64,000 nucleotides of DNA, from contig JAGLOJ010000017.1 of assembly GCA_023139045.1 (NCBI GenBank), positions 11,245-75,244 on the forward strand, in the 5' to 3' direction. The stretch's first letter is position 1. Each line of letters opens with the position of its first letter. The position numbers and the translations under genes were made by a program. Below the pieces are notes generated by a model. That model had not been told where the DNA came from. It did no database searches and was given only the letters and a program-made list of their open reading frames with translations. Source of the DNA: Candidatus Sabulitectum sp. (GTDB lineage Bacteria > Fermentibacterota > Fermentibacteria > Fermentibacterales > JCC-6). This document shows positions 54,792-64,000 of this stretch, in pieces.

Positions 54792-56999
54792 CTAATCTCC
54801 TTGACCAAAATTTCTGTCGAAATCGCTGAATTCACCAAGGGTTGTGTCAGCGGCGAAACCAATGCTGTCAGTGTGAAGTTCACATGCAGTGGCAGGTGCG
54901 GTTCCCTTCCAGAACATCTCACTTCTTGAATGCTCAGCGCATGCAGCGTTGGCCAGTTGCCCGGTGACTCTGCAGATAATAACTTCCTCAATTTCATCAG
55001 GCTCCGGCCCGGGAAACTCGGGAGCCATGTAAGGGTCGGCATCAGCAAAGACTCTGCGCATGAAGCCGTTCCAGATTGGCAGGGCAATGCTGCTTCCAGA
55101 CTGTCCACGCCCGTTCTTCAATCTCATTCTTATAACATGATTATCATATCCGACCCATACTGATGCAACCAGATCCGGCGTAAACCCAACGAACCATGCA
55201 TCGGCATAATCACTGGTCGTTCCGGTTTTACCGCCAGCCTCTCTGCCGGCAAAGGGGCCTCCCCAGTACCAGTGAGCACCTGTTGCTGTACCTTCTCGCA
55301 GAACAGACTGGAGCATACTGTTCATAAGGTAAGCACCCGTAACACTGAGAACTCTCCTGCCGGGATCCGACTGTTCATTACTCTCCAGAAGATTGCCGTA
55401 TCTGTCTTCAACTTTTAGAATGGCCGTCGAGTTTCTGGCAAGACCTCCAGTGGCAAAAGGTATGTATGCGCGAGCCATTTCAAGAGGATTGGCCATGCAA
55501 CTGCCAAGTGGAAGAGAATGGACAACCGGAAGCCTGGAACTGATTCCCATTACGGTAGCCCTGGCAGCTCCTGTTTCAACACCGACCGCGTGACCAAGCC
55601 TGACTGCACTGACATTAAAAGATCTGGCAAGGGCTTCTCTGAGGGTGACCATCCCGTGAAATTCCTTGTCGTAGTTCCTGGGGCGCCATGATCCGGGATT
55701 AAGTTCAATAACCACAGGTTGATCCAGAATGACACTTCCAGGGGACCAGCCCCGCTCAATCGCCTCGGCATAGAAAAATGGCTTGAACGAACTTCCAGGC
55801 TGTCTTCTTGATTGCACTGCTCTGTTGAATTCGCTGTCCTGAAAGTCTCTGCCTCCGACCATGGCTCTGATGTACCCTGTGGTGGGATCAATGGCCACCA
55901 GGGCACCTTGAATGTAGTTGGGAGCCCCTGAAGTGGTGTCTTCAATCGCCTGCCAGTGAGCCAATGAACTCTCAAATCTGAGCCTGTCTCCATCCTGAGA
56001 CCAGTTGTCTGTAACGGTATCCCAGAAGGGTTCCTTCTCTGTGAGTATGCTGTCAATGGCAAGCCTTGCGCTCTCCTGCATGAAAGGGTCCAGTGTCGTG
56101 TATACTTCAAGACCCTGCTCATAAACTGCGGACCATCCGTACCGGCCGACCAGATACTGCCTTACATACTCTGTGAAGTAATCCCAGTCCTGTTCCAGTT
56201 CATACCGGTGTACATCAACCCCCAGTGGAAGTTCAGAGGTTTCTTCCTTTTGTTCCTCGGTTATTACTCCGAAATCCGCCATCATGAACAGGGCAAGATT
56301 CCTCTGGGCAAGACATCTCTCCGGATTCCGGAGCGGGTTGAAACCGCTGGGGTTCTTCACCATTCTCACCAGCATAGCTGACTGGGAGAGGGTCAATTCC
56401 ACTGCTGTAATTCCACCAAAATATGTTCTGGCGGCAGCTTCTATACCATGGGCACCTGAACCGAAGTAAATCTGGTTCAGATACATCTCCATAATCTCGT
56501 CTTTGGTGAACTGTCTTTCAATCTCCATAGCGATGAAAGCTTCCTGGAGTTTTCGCTGAAAAGTCTGATCCTGAACCAGGAAAAGCCCTCGTGACAACTG
56601 CTGAGTTATTGTACTGCCGCCATGCCTGTCTCCCGTTCTGATGTTGTGAAGCATAGATCTGCTGATACCCTGAAGATCCACTCCCCCGTGGGTGTAGAAG
56701 TTCCTGTCCTCTGTGGCTACAAATCCCCTTATCACCCATGGGCTGACCTGATCGAGAGTTACAGGGTATCTGTTTTCGACGAAAGCAGTGGCCAGTTGAT
56801 CTCCGTAGCAGTCATAGATTCTTGTGGCACTTACCGGCTCACTGCCGCGGAGGCCGGCCACCAGGAGGTTACCTCTGGCCTGACGGAAAGCAACAGCACT
56901 GTCATTCCACACTCGATAAAGAAAGCCGGCACCGAAGGAAACCCCGACTATGACAACAATTACAAGCCAGTAGACAGCTGCGGTTATAATTCTTTTCAT
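54792..56999 (-). CDS. Penicillin-binding protein 1A (bifunctional GT51 transglycosylase / transpeptidase)
   Basis: TM anchor. GT51 motifs EDRNFYTHGGVD, GGSTITQQL and RKLQEAFIAMEIE. Transpeptidase motifs SSFKPF, SFN and KTGTT. Confidence 0.9.
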   Translation of the reverse strand: MKRIITAAVYWLVIVVIVGVSFGAGFLYRVWNDSAVAFRQARGNLLVAGLRGSEPVSATRIYDCYGDQLATAFVENRYPVTLDQVSPWVIRGFVATEDRNFYTHGGVDLQGISRSMLHNIRTGDRHGGSTITQQLSRGLFLVQDQTFQRKLQEAFIAMEIERQFTKDEIMEMYLNQIYFGSGAHGIEAAARTYFGGITAVELTLSQSAMLVRMVKNPSGFNPLRNPERCLAQRNLALFMMADFGVITEEQKEETSELPLGVDVHRYELEQDWDYFTEYVRQYLVGRYGWSAVYEQGLEVYTTLDPFMQESARLAIDSILTEKEPFWDTVTDNWSQDGDRLRFESSLAHWQAIEDTTSGAPNYIQGALVAIDPTTGYIRAMVGGRDFQDSEFNRAVQSRRQPGSSFKPFFYAEAIERGWSPGSVILDQPVVIELNPGSWRPRNYDKEFHGMVTLREALARSFNVSAVRLGHAVGVETGAARATVMGISSRLPVVHSLPLGSCMANPLEMARAYIPFATGGLARNSTAILKVEDRYGNLLESNEQSDPGRRVLSVTGAYLMNSMLQSVLREGTATGAHWYWGGPFAGREAGGKTGTTSDYADAWFVGFTPDLVASVWVGYDNHVIRMRLKNGRGQSGSSIALPIWNGFMRRVFADADPYMAPEFPGPEPDEIEEVIICRVTGQLANAACAEHSRSEMFWKGTAPATACELHTDSIGFAADTTLGEFSDFDRNFGQGD

Positions 57000-58405
57000 T
57001 ACTGATTCTCTCCGCGAAGCAGCGGACTCTCTATGAGCTCATCATCAAAAGAGGCTGAAGTATCTGCGTATATAGAAATTTTCTCAAAAAGCGGCTGATT
57101 ACCCTGATCAAGAGACAATTCATACTCGTACTCTCCTGTATTTCCCACAAGCACAATACTACGATTACCCAGCGGCGATGTCTGAGTGCCGAACTGCCCG
57201 TGATAATCACTGTTAAAGTCCTCCCAGCTCCTCCAGAGAAGAGTATAGCCCGTTGGTGTTCCAAGAAAGAGGTAGAGATCTCCCGCCCAGTAGAGCACCC
57301 GCTCCGGATCAATATCTCCGTTCATGTCAACACCCAGAGCTCTCCAGATCGGGACTCCAATAGCGTTCTCTGTCTTCTGCTCCAGCTGATGAGGATCCAG
57401 ATGCACCATCAAATGTTCAAGAGGCTCACTGTTCCCGCAGGTGAGCAATACGGGGTATACACTGGAGAGTGTATCGCTCTGCTCCACAAGCTCATTTACA
57501 GAATAAAATACATTTTCAAGGAAGGTAATTCTAGCAACCTCCTCTGTAATATCCGGTCCCATCCATGTTCCAGTTTGACGAAGGTTCTGCATTGCCTCGT
57601 GATTTGCTCTCAGAACTGCTTTTCTAAGGTAAGCAAGCTCTCGCCATGCAGCAATCAGCTCTCTAAGCTCAACAGGAACATCTGTTATTTGAAAGGTGGC
57701 TCTGTCCTGAATAATCTGCAGCTTTGCAGCAGTCCTCACATTACTCAGTGCAAGGGTTGCGTAACTCTCGTTTGAAAGCTCCATTATGTAATCAGCAAAA
57801 TCGGCACCGTTCCCTTCCGCAAAGTTCCATGATGCCCAGTTGATACGGCGATCCATTTCACAATCATCCAGCAATATCCTGGCAATGCGCATTTCACGCC
57901 TTATCACAGAATTCTGCAGTACTAAGAACGCCTGGGTCTGCACACTGAGCGAATCAAGAACATCCCTGGGAAGCTCGCTTTCAACTTTCTCTATGAGCCA
58001 CTGTCCGTCAATAAGCACAAAATCCAGGCGAATGACCGGTGGCAACTCTTCCAGCCGGGCGATAGAACAGTAATAACTGGTTCTGTTCAGGTTGTCTTCT
58101 CCTGTAACTGTTTCTGTCAATCGTCCGCCTGAATCAAATCCCCGCCACCGTCCAAATATTTTCCACGGAGAAAGCTGAAGACCCTGCACGGAATCCCTGA
58201 ATGCAGGTTCCAGATAATTGAAACACTCAGGATCATTCATTCCCAGGTTGTTTGAGAATCTGAGCCCCACTGCAAGAGGAGTATCCGGAATTGCTCTTAC
58301 GATTGTTGTGTCTGTGGAAATCTCCCCCTGAGCAGACTCCGGAGCCCTGCTGCACGCTGCCAGTAGCAAAAGAATCACCAGAATCACCAGAATCAGACTT
58401 TTCAT
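56999..58405 (-). CDS. Hypothetical lipoprotein
   Basis: 468 aa with lipobox LLLAACS. Overlaps both neighbours (4 nt and 1 nt). No motif recognised. Confidence 0.5.
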   Translation of the reverse strand: MKSLILVILVILLLLAACSRAPESAQGEISTDTTIVRAIPDTPLAVGLRFSNNLGMNDPECFNYLEPAFRDSVQGLQLSPWKIFGRWRGFDSGGRLTETVTGEDNLNRTSYYCSIARLEELPPVIRLDFVLIDGQWLIEKVESELPRDVLDSLSVQTQAFLVLQNSVIRREMRIARILLDDCEMDRRINWASWNFAEGNGADFADYIMELSNESYATLALSNVRTAAKLQIIQDRATFQITDVPVELRELIAAWRELAYLRKAVLRANHEAMQNLRQTGTWMGPDITEEVARITFLENVFYSVNELVEQSDTLSSVYPVLLTCGNSEPLEHLMVHLDPHQLEQKTENAIGVPIWRALGVDMNGDIDPERVLYWAGDLYLFLGTPTGYTLLWRSWEDFNSDYHGQFGTQTSPLGNRSIVLVGNTGEYEYELSLDQGNQPLFEKISIYADTSASFDDELIESPLLRGENQ

Positions 58406-60105
58406 AGCCCCCCTGCAGTTACTCGAACAAGTTCACTCACTGTAGTAACTCCCTCTAGAACCTTCCTTATACCCGCCTTTCTCAGGGTTACCATTCCCCC
58501 GGCCAGGGCAATATCTCTGATTTCATCAAGCGAAGCACGGCGAACAAGCCCCCGCCTGATATCTTCGTCAATACTCATAATCTCAAATATGGCGATTCTG
58601 CCTCTGTAACCGGTACTCCTGCATTCTCTGCACCCTGCTCCGCGAATCAGCTTTGCAGAGGAATCAATGCCGACAAGATCGCATTCCATACTATTCGGTG
58701 TATACTCTTCCCGACAATGGGGGCAGATTGAACGAACCAGCCGCTGGGCGATAATTCCCCGTAAGGTGCTTACCAGAAGATAGGGTTCAACTCCCATATC
58801 CATCAACCTGACCACTGTGGAGGCAGTGTCATTTGTATGGAGGGTGCTCAGCACCAGATGGCCAGTAAGCGCACTTCTCATAGCACTGATGGCTGTTTCT
58901 CTGTCTCTGATCTCGCCAACCATGATGATATCAGGATCCTGCCGAAGAACATGGCGTAGAGCTGTAATAAATGTAAGATCAATTGCTTTCTGTACCGATA
59001 TCTGATTGAATTCGTCTGTAACAAACTCAACAGGATCCTCAATGGTAACGATATTGTTCTGTTCAGATGAAATGGTGATGAGACTGGAATAAAGTGTTGT
59101 TGTTTTACCGCTGCCGGTGGGACCGGTAACAAGAACCAGACCGTTGGGTGAATTGATCATATCCATGTATATGTTCATCTCACGCTGATCAAAACCAAGA
59201 ACAGAAAGATCCTGCATCAGTATGGCCGGGTCCAGAATTCGGAGAACGATCTTCTCACCGAAGGCAACAGGCACAGTGGAGCACCTGATCTCCACCGGCT
59301 TCCCCTCATAATGAGTTCTTATTCTTCCATCCTGGGGGCGTCTCTTCTCGGCAATATTCAACCCGGCAATCATTTTGATCCTGCTTGTAATTGCAAAGTG
59401 AAGTTTTTTGGGAAGTCTGTAGAGAAGATGAAGAACACCGTCGATTCTGAATCTGACAACTGTATTCTCGCGGTGCGGTTCAATATGAATATCACTTGCT
59501 CTTTCTTCAAAGGCATGCTGAAACAGATGATTCACTGCGTTTATAACCGGCTTGTCTGTTGGCTCGATGGATCTGTCTGCGGTGCTGTCTACAAACCTCT
59601 CAAGATTGCCAATGTCTACAATGTCATCAGTCGAAAGCTCTTTTGTGGCAGCCAGAATAGAACTGTGCAGACCGTAGAATTGCCTTATAACCTTGTCTAT
59701 TGCTCTTGGGCGGCTGAGGTAAAGGGCAATCTTCTTGCCCAGCATATTCTCCATGTCATCAATTTGTACCTGTGTGGGAAGTACACTGACTGCAATGGAA
59801 ATCCTGTCTCCATCTTCCCTGAAAGCCACGATTCCCTTAGCCTGGGCATAGGCTCCCGGAAGACATTCTGTAACAACCTGATAATCAAGTTCAAGAGGAT
59901 CAAGGTCGGTATAAGGCACACCGGCAAGCTCTGCCAGGTGTCTGTACAGCTTCTCTTCGCTGATAATTCCGCTGGAGACAAGAAGACTCAATGGATCTTC
60001 ACTGGAATTTTCAGATAATCTCTGGAATCTTTTGAAAACTGCCTCAGAGATTAAGCCATCTCTTAAAAGGGTATCAGGTACAGCTTTCGGGCTGATCATC
60101 CTCAT
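58402..60105 (-). CDS. GspE/PilB-family secretion ATPase
   Basis: T2SSE N-domain, Walker A VTGPTGSGKTTTLY, His box GHLVLSTLHTN and tetracysteine motif CPHCREEY...CRECRSTGYRGR. Confidence 0.85.
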   Translation of the reverse strand: MRMISPKAVPDTLLRDGLISEAVFKRFQRLSENSSEDPLSLLVSSGIISEEKLYRHLAELAGVPYTDLDPLELDYQVVTECLPGAYAQAKGIVAFREDGDRISIAVSVLPTQVQIDDMENMLGKKIALYLSRPRAIDKVIRQFYGLHSSILAATKELSTDDIVDIGNLERFVDSTADRSIEPTDKPVINAVNHLFQHAFEERASDIHIEPHRENTVVRFRIDGVLHLLYRLPKKLHFAITSRIKMIAGLNIAEKRRPQDGRIRTHYEGKPVEIRCSTVPVAFGEKIVLRILDPAILMQDLSVLGFDQREMNIYMDMINSPNGLVLVTGPTGSGKTTTLYSSLITISSEQNNIVTIEDPVEFVTDEFNQISVQKAIDLTFITALRHVLRQDPDIIMVGEIRDRETAISAMRSALTGHLVLSTLHTNDTASTVVRLMDMGVEPYLLVSTLRGIIAQRLVRSICPHCREEYTPNSMECDLVGIDSSAKLIRGAGCRECRSTGYRGRIAIFEIMSIDEDIRRGLVRRASLDEIRDIALAGGMVTLRKAGIRKVLEGVTTVSELVRVTAGGL

Positions 60106-61382
60106 AAACGAATCTCCTCAAAAATCAAAGGATCAGAAGGCACATCCCACTTGAAACTGTTACTTATGGCTGCAACTGCCTCTGCTGCAGCTTCTCGATC
60201 AGCAGCATGTACTCTGCCCAGAAGCTGTCCGTCCTCAACAGGCGATCCGCACGGTACTTCCTGCTCCCAGCCAACCAGAGGATCCACACAGTCCTCAACC
60301 CTGTATCTTCCTCCACCGAGTTTCCGCACTGCTTTTCCAACGGCAAATGCATCAGGTCCACACCAGTAACCGGTTCTGCCAGCACGCACATCCACAATAA
60401 CCGGTGCCAGCGGAAGTGCTTCAAAAGCAGCAAGATCTCCCCCCTGAGCCTCAACCATTTTAACAAATACTTCCATGGCTTCCCCGTTTGCAAGCTTTCT
60501 CCTGCAAAGCTCTCCGCTGTTGTCAATTCCCGCATGAACAGCCATCTCGGTAACAAGTGCAATGGTGAGTTCTGTGGAGTCGGCAGGACCCTTGTTCCTG
60601 AGAATATTCAGAGACTCCTGAACTTCAAGAGTGTTACCGGTGGTAAACCCAATGGGATGATTCATGGAGGTAATAAGAGCACTGGCCTTTTTCCCTGACA
60701 TTTCAGAAATTTGAACCAGGGTTCGTGCCAGTTCACGGGCATCATCAAGAGTTTGCATAAACGCCCCGGTTCCACATTTCACATCAAAAACCAGAATGTC
60801 CGGGTTCTCTGCAAGCTTCTTTGAAAGAATACTGGCACAGATCAGTGGAATAGAGGTTACTGTGGAGGTGGCATCTCTCAGTGAATACAATATCTTGTCG
60901 GCAGGAGCAAGCTCATCGGTCTGCCCGATCATGCAAACTCCGATATCAGCTATCTGTGCTTTTAACTGCTCAAGGGTCAGATTGACATTAAATCCTGGAA
61001 TCGATTCAAGTTTGTCAAGCGTCCCGCCGGTATGCCCCAGCCCTCTGCCACTGATCATGGGAACTCTGATTCCGATTGATGCTGCAAGAGGTGCCAGAAC
61101 GAGAGACATCTTGTCTCCAACTCCACCTGTACTGTGCTTATCAGCCAGAGGGCTCAGTGATTTGTCCCACTGGACAACTGTGCCACTGTCGCGCATGGCC
61201 ATGGTAAGTGCCAGAGTCTCCTGGGAATTAAGACCATTGATGTATGAGGCCATAAGAAAAGCACTGGCCTGATAGTCGGTAACTGTTCCGTCTGCAATGC
61301 CGGAGGCAAATTTGTAAAGGGCATCCCTTGAAAGAGACTTCGAATCTCTTTTTACTCTGAGTATGTCTGTTATCACATCCAT
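60102..61382 (-). CDS. Thymidine / pyrimidine-nucleoside phosphorylase
   Basis: 426 aa with family motifs DKHSTGGVGDK and SGRGLGHTGGTLDKLE. Confidence 0.9.
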   Translation of the reverse strand: MDVITDILRVKRDSKSLSRDALYKFASGIADGTVTDYQASAFLMASYINGLNSQETLALTMAMRDSGTVVQWDKSLSPLADKHSTGGVGDKMSLVLAPLAASIGIRVPMISGRGLGHTGGTLDKLESIPGFNVNLTLEQLKAQIADIGVCMIGQTDELAPADKILYSLRDATSTVTSIPLICASILSKKLAENPDILVFDVKCGTGAFMQTLDDARELARTLVQISEMSGKKASALITSMNHPIGFTTGNTLEVQESLNILRNKGPADSTELTIALVTEMAVHAGIDNSGELCRRKLANGEAMEVFVKMVEAQGGDLAAFEALPLAPVIVDVRAGRTGYWCGPDAFAVGKAVRKLGGGRYRVEDCVDPLVGWEQEVPCGSPVEDGQLLGRVHAADREAAAEAVAAISNSFKWDVPSDPLIFEEIRL

Positions 61383-62404
61383 GTAACAAAATCCAGTACT
61401 TCGATGTATTCAAGAGCGGAAACGGTCGCCAGAGCGCCGGCCAGCCCCCAGAATATCCAGAATGCCGGGCTTTTCCCGGGTGATCTCAAGCTCTCCAGAA
61501 ACTCTCCCACAGAAACGCTTTCTTGTGTTATTGACGGGTGCCTGATTTCATCATAGCTGAAAATCATTTTCTTTTTAAGGAGGGATTTGAGTTTTGCAAC
61601 AGACTCAATTGCCACTTCGGAATTGCCTGAAATGACGGTATAAGGAACTTCCACGGCTTCATTACCTTCTTCAGTTATGTCTTTAATCTCGCTGAAGAGT
61701 TGCTCAGGTTGGGATGTATTCTCCACCTCAGGCGATTCTTCCTGACGAACCGGTTCATCCTCATCCCCACGGGGAATGTCATCCGGAGTGTATTCCGGCA
61801 TCTTCGGAAGAGACTCTTCCTCAATCCTGCCGTGGGCTGCCAGTGGCCAGTCTTCAAGGTCGAAGAGCCCGCAACTGCTCACCAGTTCCCAATCCTTGCC
61901 CTTGAGAGATATCTCAGCTTCCACCGGAACCCTTGATCCCTTTATCCATTCCCGAATGGTTTCAGTATCAGATGCCGGAAACTCCTGCCCGTCGATTCGG
62001 AGAACAGGACGATCCAGTTTCTTAACGGGCTGGTTTCTAAGATTTGAAGCCAGTGCCGGAAGAGCTGTTGCTCTGACTCCACCTGGAGGAGTTCTGGGCC
62101 CCTCCACAACAGCATCCACTGTGATCCGACCCTCTTCTGCCCATTTGACGATAGTCTCAAAGCTATGGGTTTTGAAGATTCCTGTATTCATGGTTACAAT
62201 CCACTGGTTCTCCGGGTTTAGAATCAACGTAAACTCGGGTTCGTCCATTACGGAAAGCCATTCTTCAGAACCTGCTGCTCTGAAACTGTCTTCACCGGTT
62301 ACTCTGGACTCAAGAACCCATTTTTTCAGCTCACTGAAATCGGAAGTTCTGTAAATCTTACCGCAACGTTTCAGTTCGTAGGCACCGCTTCCAATACTGG
62401 ACAT
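61373..62404 (-). CDS. Hypothetical protein with GYF_2-like repeats and C-terminal TM helix
   Basis: ATG 62404 is preceded by AGGAGGG. Repeated ..F.ELKKWV.E.R.. segments resemble DUF4339/GYF_2. The acidic linker and hydrophobic C-terminus are clear. Confidence 0.45.
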   Translation of the reverse strand: MSSIGSGAYELKRCGKIYRTSDFSELKKWVLESRVTGEDSFRAAGSEEWLSVMDEPEFTLILNPENQWIVTMNTGIFKTHSFETIVKWAEEGRITVDAVVEGPRTPPGGVRATALPALASNLRNQPVKKLDRPVLRIDGQEFPASDTETIREWIKGSRVPVEAEISLKGKDWELVSSCGLFDLEDWPLAAHGRIEEESLPKMPEYTPDDIPRGDEDEPVRQEESPEVENTSQPEQLFSEIKDITEEGNEAVEVPYTVISGNSEVAIESVAKLKSLLKKKMIFSYDEIRHPSITQESVSVGEFLESLRSPGKSPAFWIFWGLAGALATVSALEYIEVLDFVTWM

Positions 62405-62480
62405 TTTCGCCCTCCTGTCAATGCTGCCCAACGAAGGTACTAACCACTCCTAACAGTTCCCTGAAGCCCTCTTGCCAACT

Positions 62481-64000
62481 CTATAAAAGAGAAACAGCAC
62501 CATCGAATATAAGGGTATCTGCTACTGCATCGGAAACAATAGAGCATTCAAGCCATCCTCTGCTGCCACATATAGTTATGAGCCTCTCCACATAAGACTT
62601 CCAGTGAGACGGCAACACACCCTGTACTGCGTACCCGTGATAGAGCTTCGGCCCCGGCAGAATCGACACCAGAAACGCCATCTCCCTGACAGAAAGATCA
62701 GAACCACTTTCGTTAAAATAATACATAGCTGCAGAGTCAAATCCAAACACTCCGGGACCCAGCTCAACTATGTTCGCATAGATCTCCAGAATCCTGTCCT
62801 TGGACAGCCACCGTTCCAGTCTCCAGGTAAGAAAAACCTCCTGCATCTTTCTGGAGAGAGTCTTTTCCCTGCCAAGAAACAAATTCTTTGCAAGCTGCAT
62901 GGAAATGGTGGACCCTCCCCTTATAAACCGTCCCTGTGCCATGTTCGCTCTGATGGAATTCCTGATGTGATATACACTGAAACCGTCATGCCTTCTGAAG
63001 GAAGCATCTTCTGCACAGCGCAGGAGGGGTTCAAAACAGAATGAAAGAGAGTCAAAGAAAACAAAGTCAGGATTCGTCAATGTATCAAGCCCGATACGGG
63101 CAGTGTTCCCCCATGAGTCCCGCATGAAACAATCCGCTCCGGTGTAGTTGCTGATTCTTCCGAATGTAATGGGGCTGTAGCCTACTGTGAGCCTGGAGGC
63201 ATCAATATGCAGATTGATATCACAGCTGTCAGGATTATCCCAGTCCAGGATAAGTTCAGTGTGTATGGACATCTCACCGCCAAGTGAAAGTCCGTTCAGG
63301 CGGCCAAGAAGCTCCGGAGGTATTGACTCGATAATGGCTCCTCCGGAAAGAGCCGGGTTGAACAAAACAAGATTGAGTCTTCGACGCTCTCCCCAGGAAT
63401 ACACAAGATTGAAAGCCAGGTTCAGCTCACCGGAATGAATTGTGCCTGAATCAATAACCACAAGCCCTGATTCCATAAGAACAAAACCCCCGCAGGAAAA
63501 CGCCGCATCAACAGAAAATGTATCTGGGGCAACTGAAGCACTCCAGATGGATAGACTGTCAAATCGCAGATCTGTGGAGAAAAAGACGGTGTCATTTCCA
63601 GAATAGCACACAGATAGAGAACCGGAAGGCACGGCAGTCATTATTGCTCCTGAGGAAAGGCTGTCAAGAAGAGCCATTACCGGGGCGGCAATCTGAGAGA
63701 AATCCATACTTAAGCTGGCAGAAGGGTGCCCACCCTGCAACCGGTACTCGAAAGCAGCGGATGCAGATTCCCCGTCAAGTTCGGTTATGAGACCGGAGAT
63801 GGATAGCATCGGGCTGAGAACTCCTGAACAGCTGCCTGAAATGCTGTACCCCCGGACCGGATCCGGAAGAATTCCCTCCATGCCGGGGATGCCTGAACAG
63901 CTGTTAAAGACAACAGAAATGCTGTCACCGGAATGACTGACAAAAAACTCTCCCCACTTGCCAACCGCGTATCCAATATCAGTTCCATTTGCCCGGGTTC
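62481..64000 (-). CDS. Protein with C-terminal monofunctional GT51 peptidoglycan transglycosylase domain (5' end beyond the window)
   Basis: GT51 motifs EDASFRRHDGF, RGGSTISMQLAKN and RKMQEVFLTWRLERW. I translated the frame upstream of the track's Met (63881) and it remains open to position 64000. Confidence 0.75.
   Translation of the reverse strand, partial: TRANGTDIGYAVGKWGEFFVSHSGDSISVVFNSCSGIPGMEGILPDPVRGYSISGSCSGVLSPMLSISGLITELDGESASAAFEYRLQGGHPSASLSMDFSQIAAPVMALLDSLSSGAIMTAVPSGSLSVCYSGNDTVFFSTDLRFDSLSIWSASVAPDTFSVDAAFSCGGFVLMESGLVVIDSGTIHSGELNLAFNLVYSWGERRRLNLVLFNPALSGGAIIESIPPELLGRLNGLSLGGEMSIHTELILDWDNPDSCDINLHIDASRLTVGYSPITFGRISNYTGADCFMRDSWGNTARIGLDTLTNPDFVFFDSLSFCFEPLLRCAEDASFRRHDGFSVYHIRNSIRANMAQGRFIRGGSTISMQLAKNLFLGREKTLSRKMQEVFLTWRLERWLSKDRILEIYANIVELGPGVFGFDSAAMYYFNESGSDLSVREMAFLVSILPGPKLYHGYAVQGVLPSHWKSYVERLITICGSRGWLECSIVSDAVADTLIFDGAVSLL

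Noticed and set aside
1-64000. CRISPR arrays, rRNA/tRNA genes, IS elements and toxin-antitoxin or restriction-type defence genes.
   Set aside because: No regularly spaced direct repeats, no tRNA-sized intergenic structures, no transposase or nuclease-like ORFs and no terminal inverted repeats were seen on either strand.

Overview
Bacterial chromosomal window with about 55 genes, all but three on the minus strand, tightly packed with many 4-nt start/stop overlaps. No rRNA, tRNA, CRISPR array or clear mobile element was found. T9SS-style C-terminal sorting domains and a PorV-like barrel suggest an FCB-superphylum-like, probably uncultivated lineage; this placement is inference only.

Most of the content is housekeeping:
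- purS-like/purQ/purL, purB, folD, rplU, RNase G and its conserved radical-SAM partner
- ispH, uvrB, an archaeal-type pheS/pheT pair, xerC/D, lon, hsp20, recG, panE, secA
- PBP1A, a GT51 transglycosylase, a GspE/PilB ATPase and thymidine phosphorylase

These are interleaved with envelope and secreted proteins: a large S8 protease, a PPC/caspase-fold protease, a GH18 enzyme, LysM, TonB-C/PEGA and TPR proteins.

The most interesting locus is a five-gene, translationally coupled operon at 44904-49147. It encodes a PAS sensor fused to a PqqD-like RiPP-recognition domain, two radical-SAM/SPASM enzymes, a minimal HprK-like kinase and an anchor-less SipW-type S26 peptidase. No recognisable precursor gene is present. 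The operon sits next to an unusual 700-bp non-coding region carrying clustered GATCAG repeats.

Other notable points:
- Two tandem pairs of small secreted paralogues share a C-terminal (S/T)WGxIKAxF-COOH tag.
- IspH is fused to a UbiA-like membrane domain.
- uvrB has conserved N-terminal residues lying upstream of any canonical start codon.
- The only two G/C homopolymers of 7 nt or more that I noticed both sit at the 5' ends of TPR envelope-protein genes.

All family assignments come from motifs read by eye; no searches were run.
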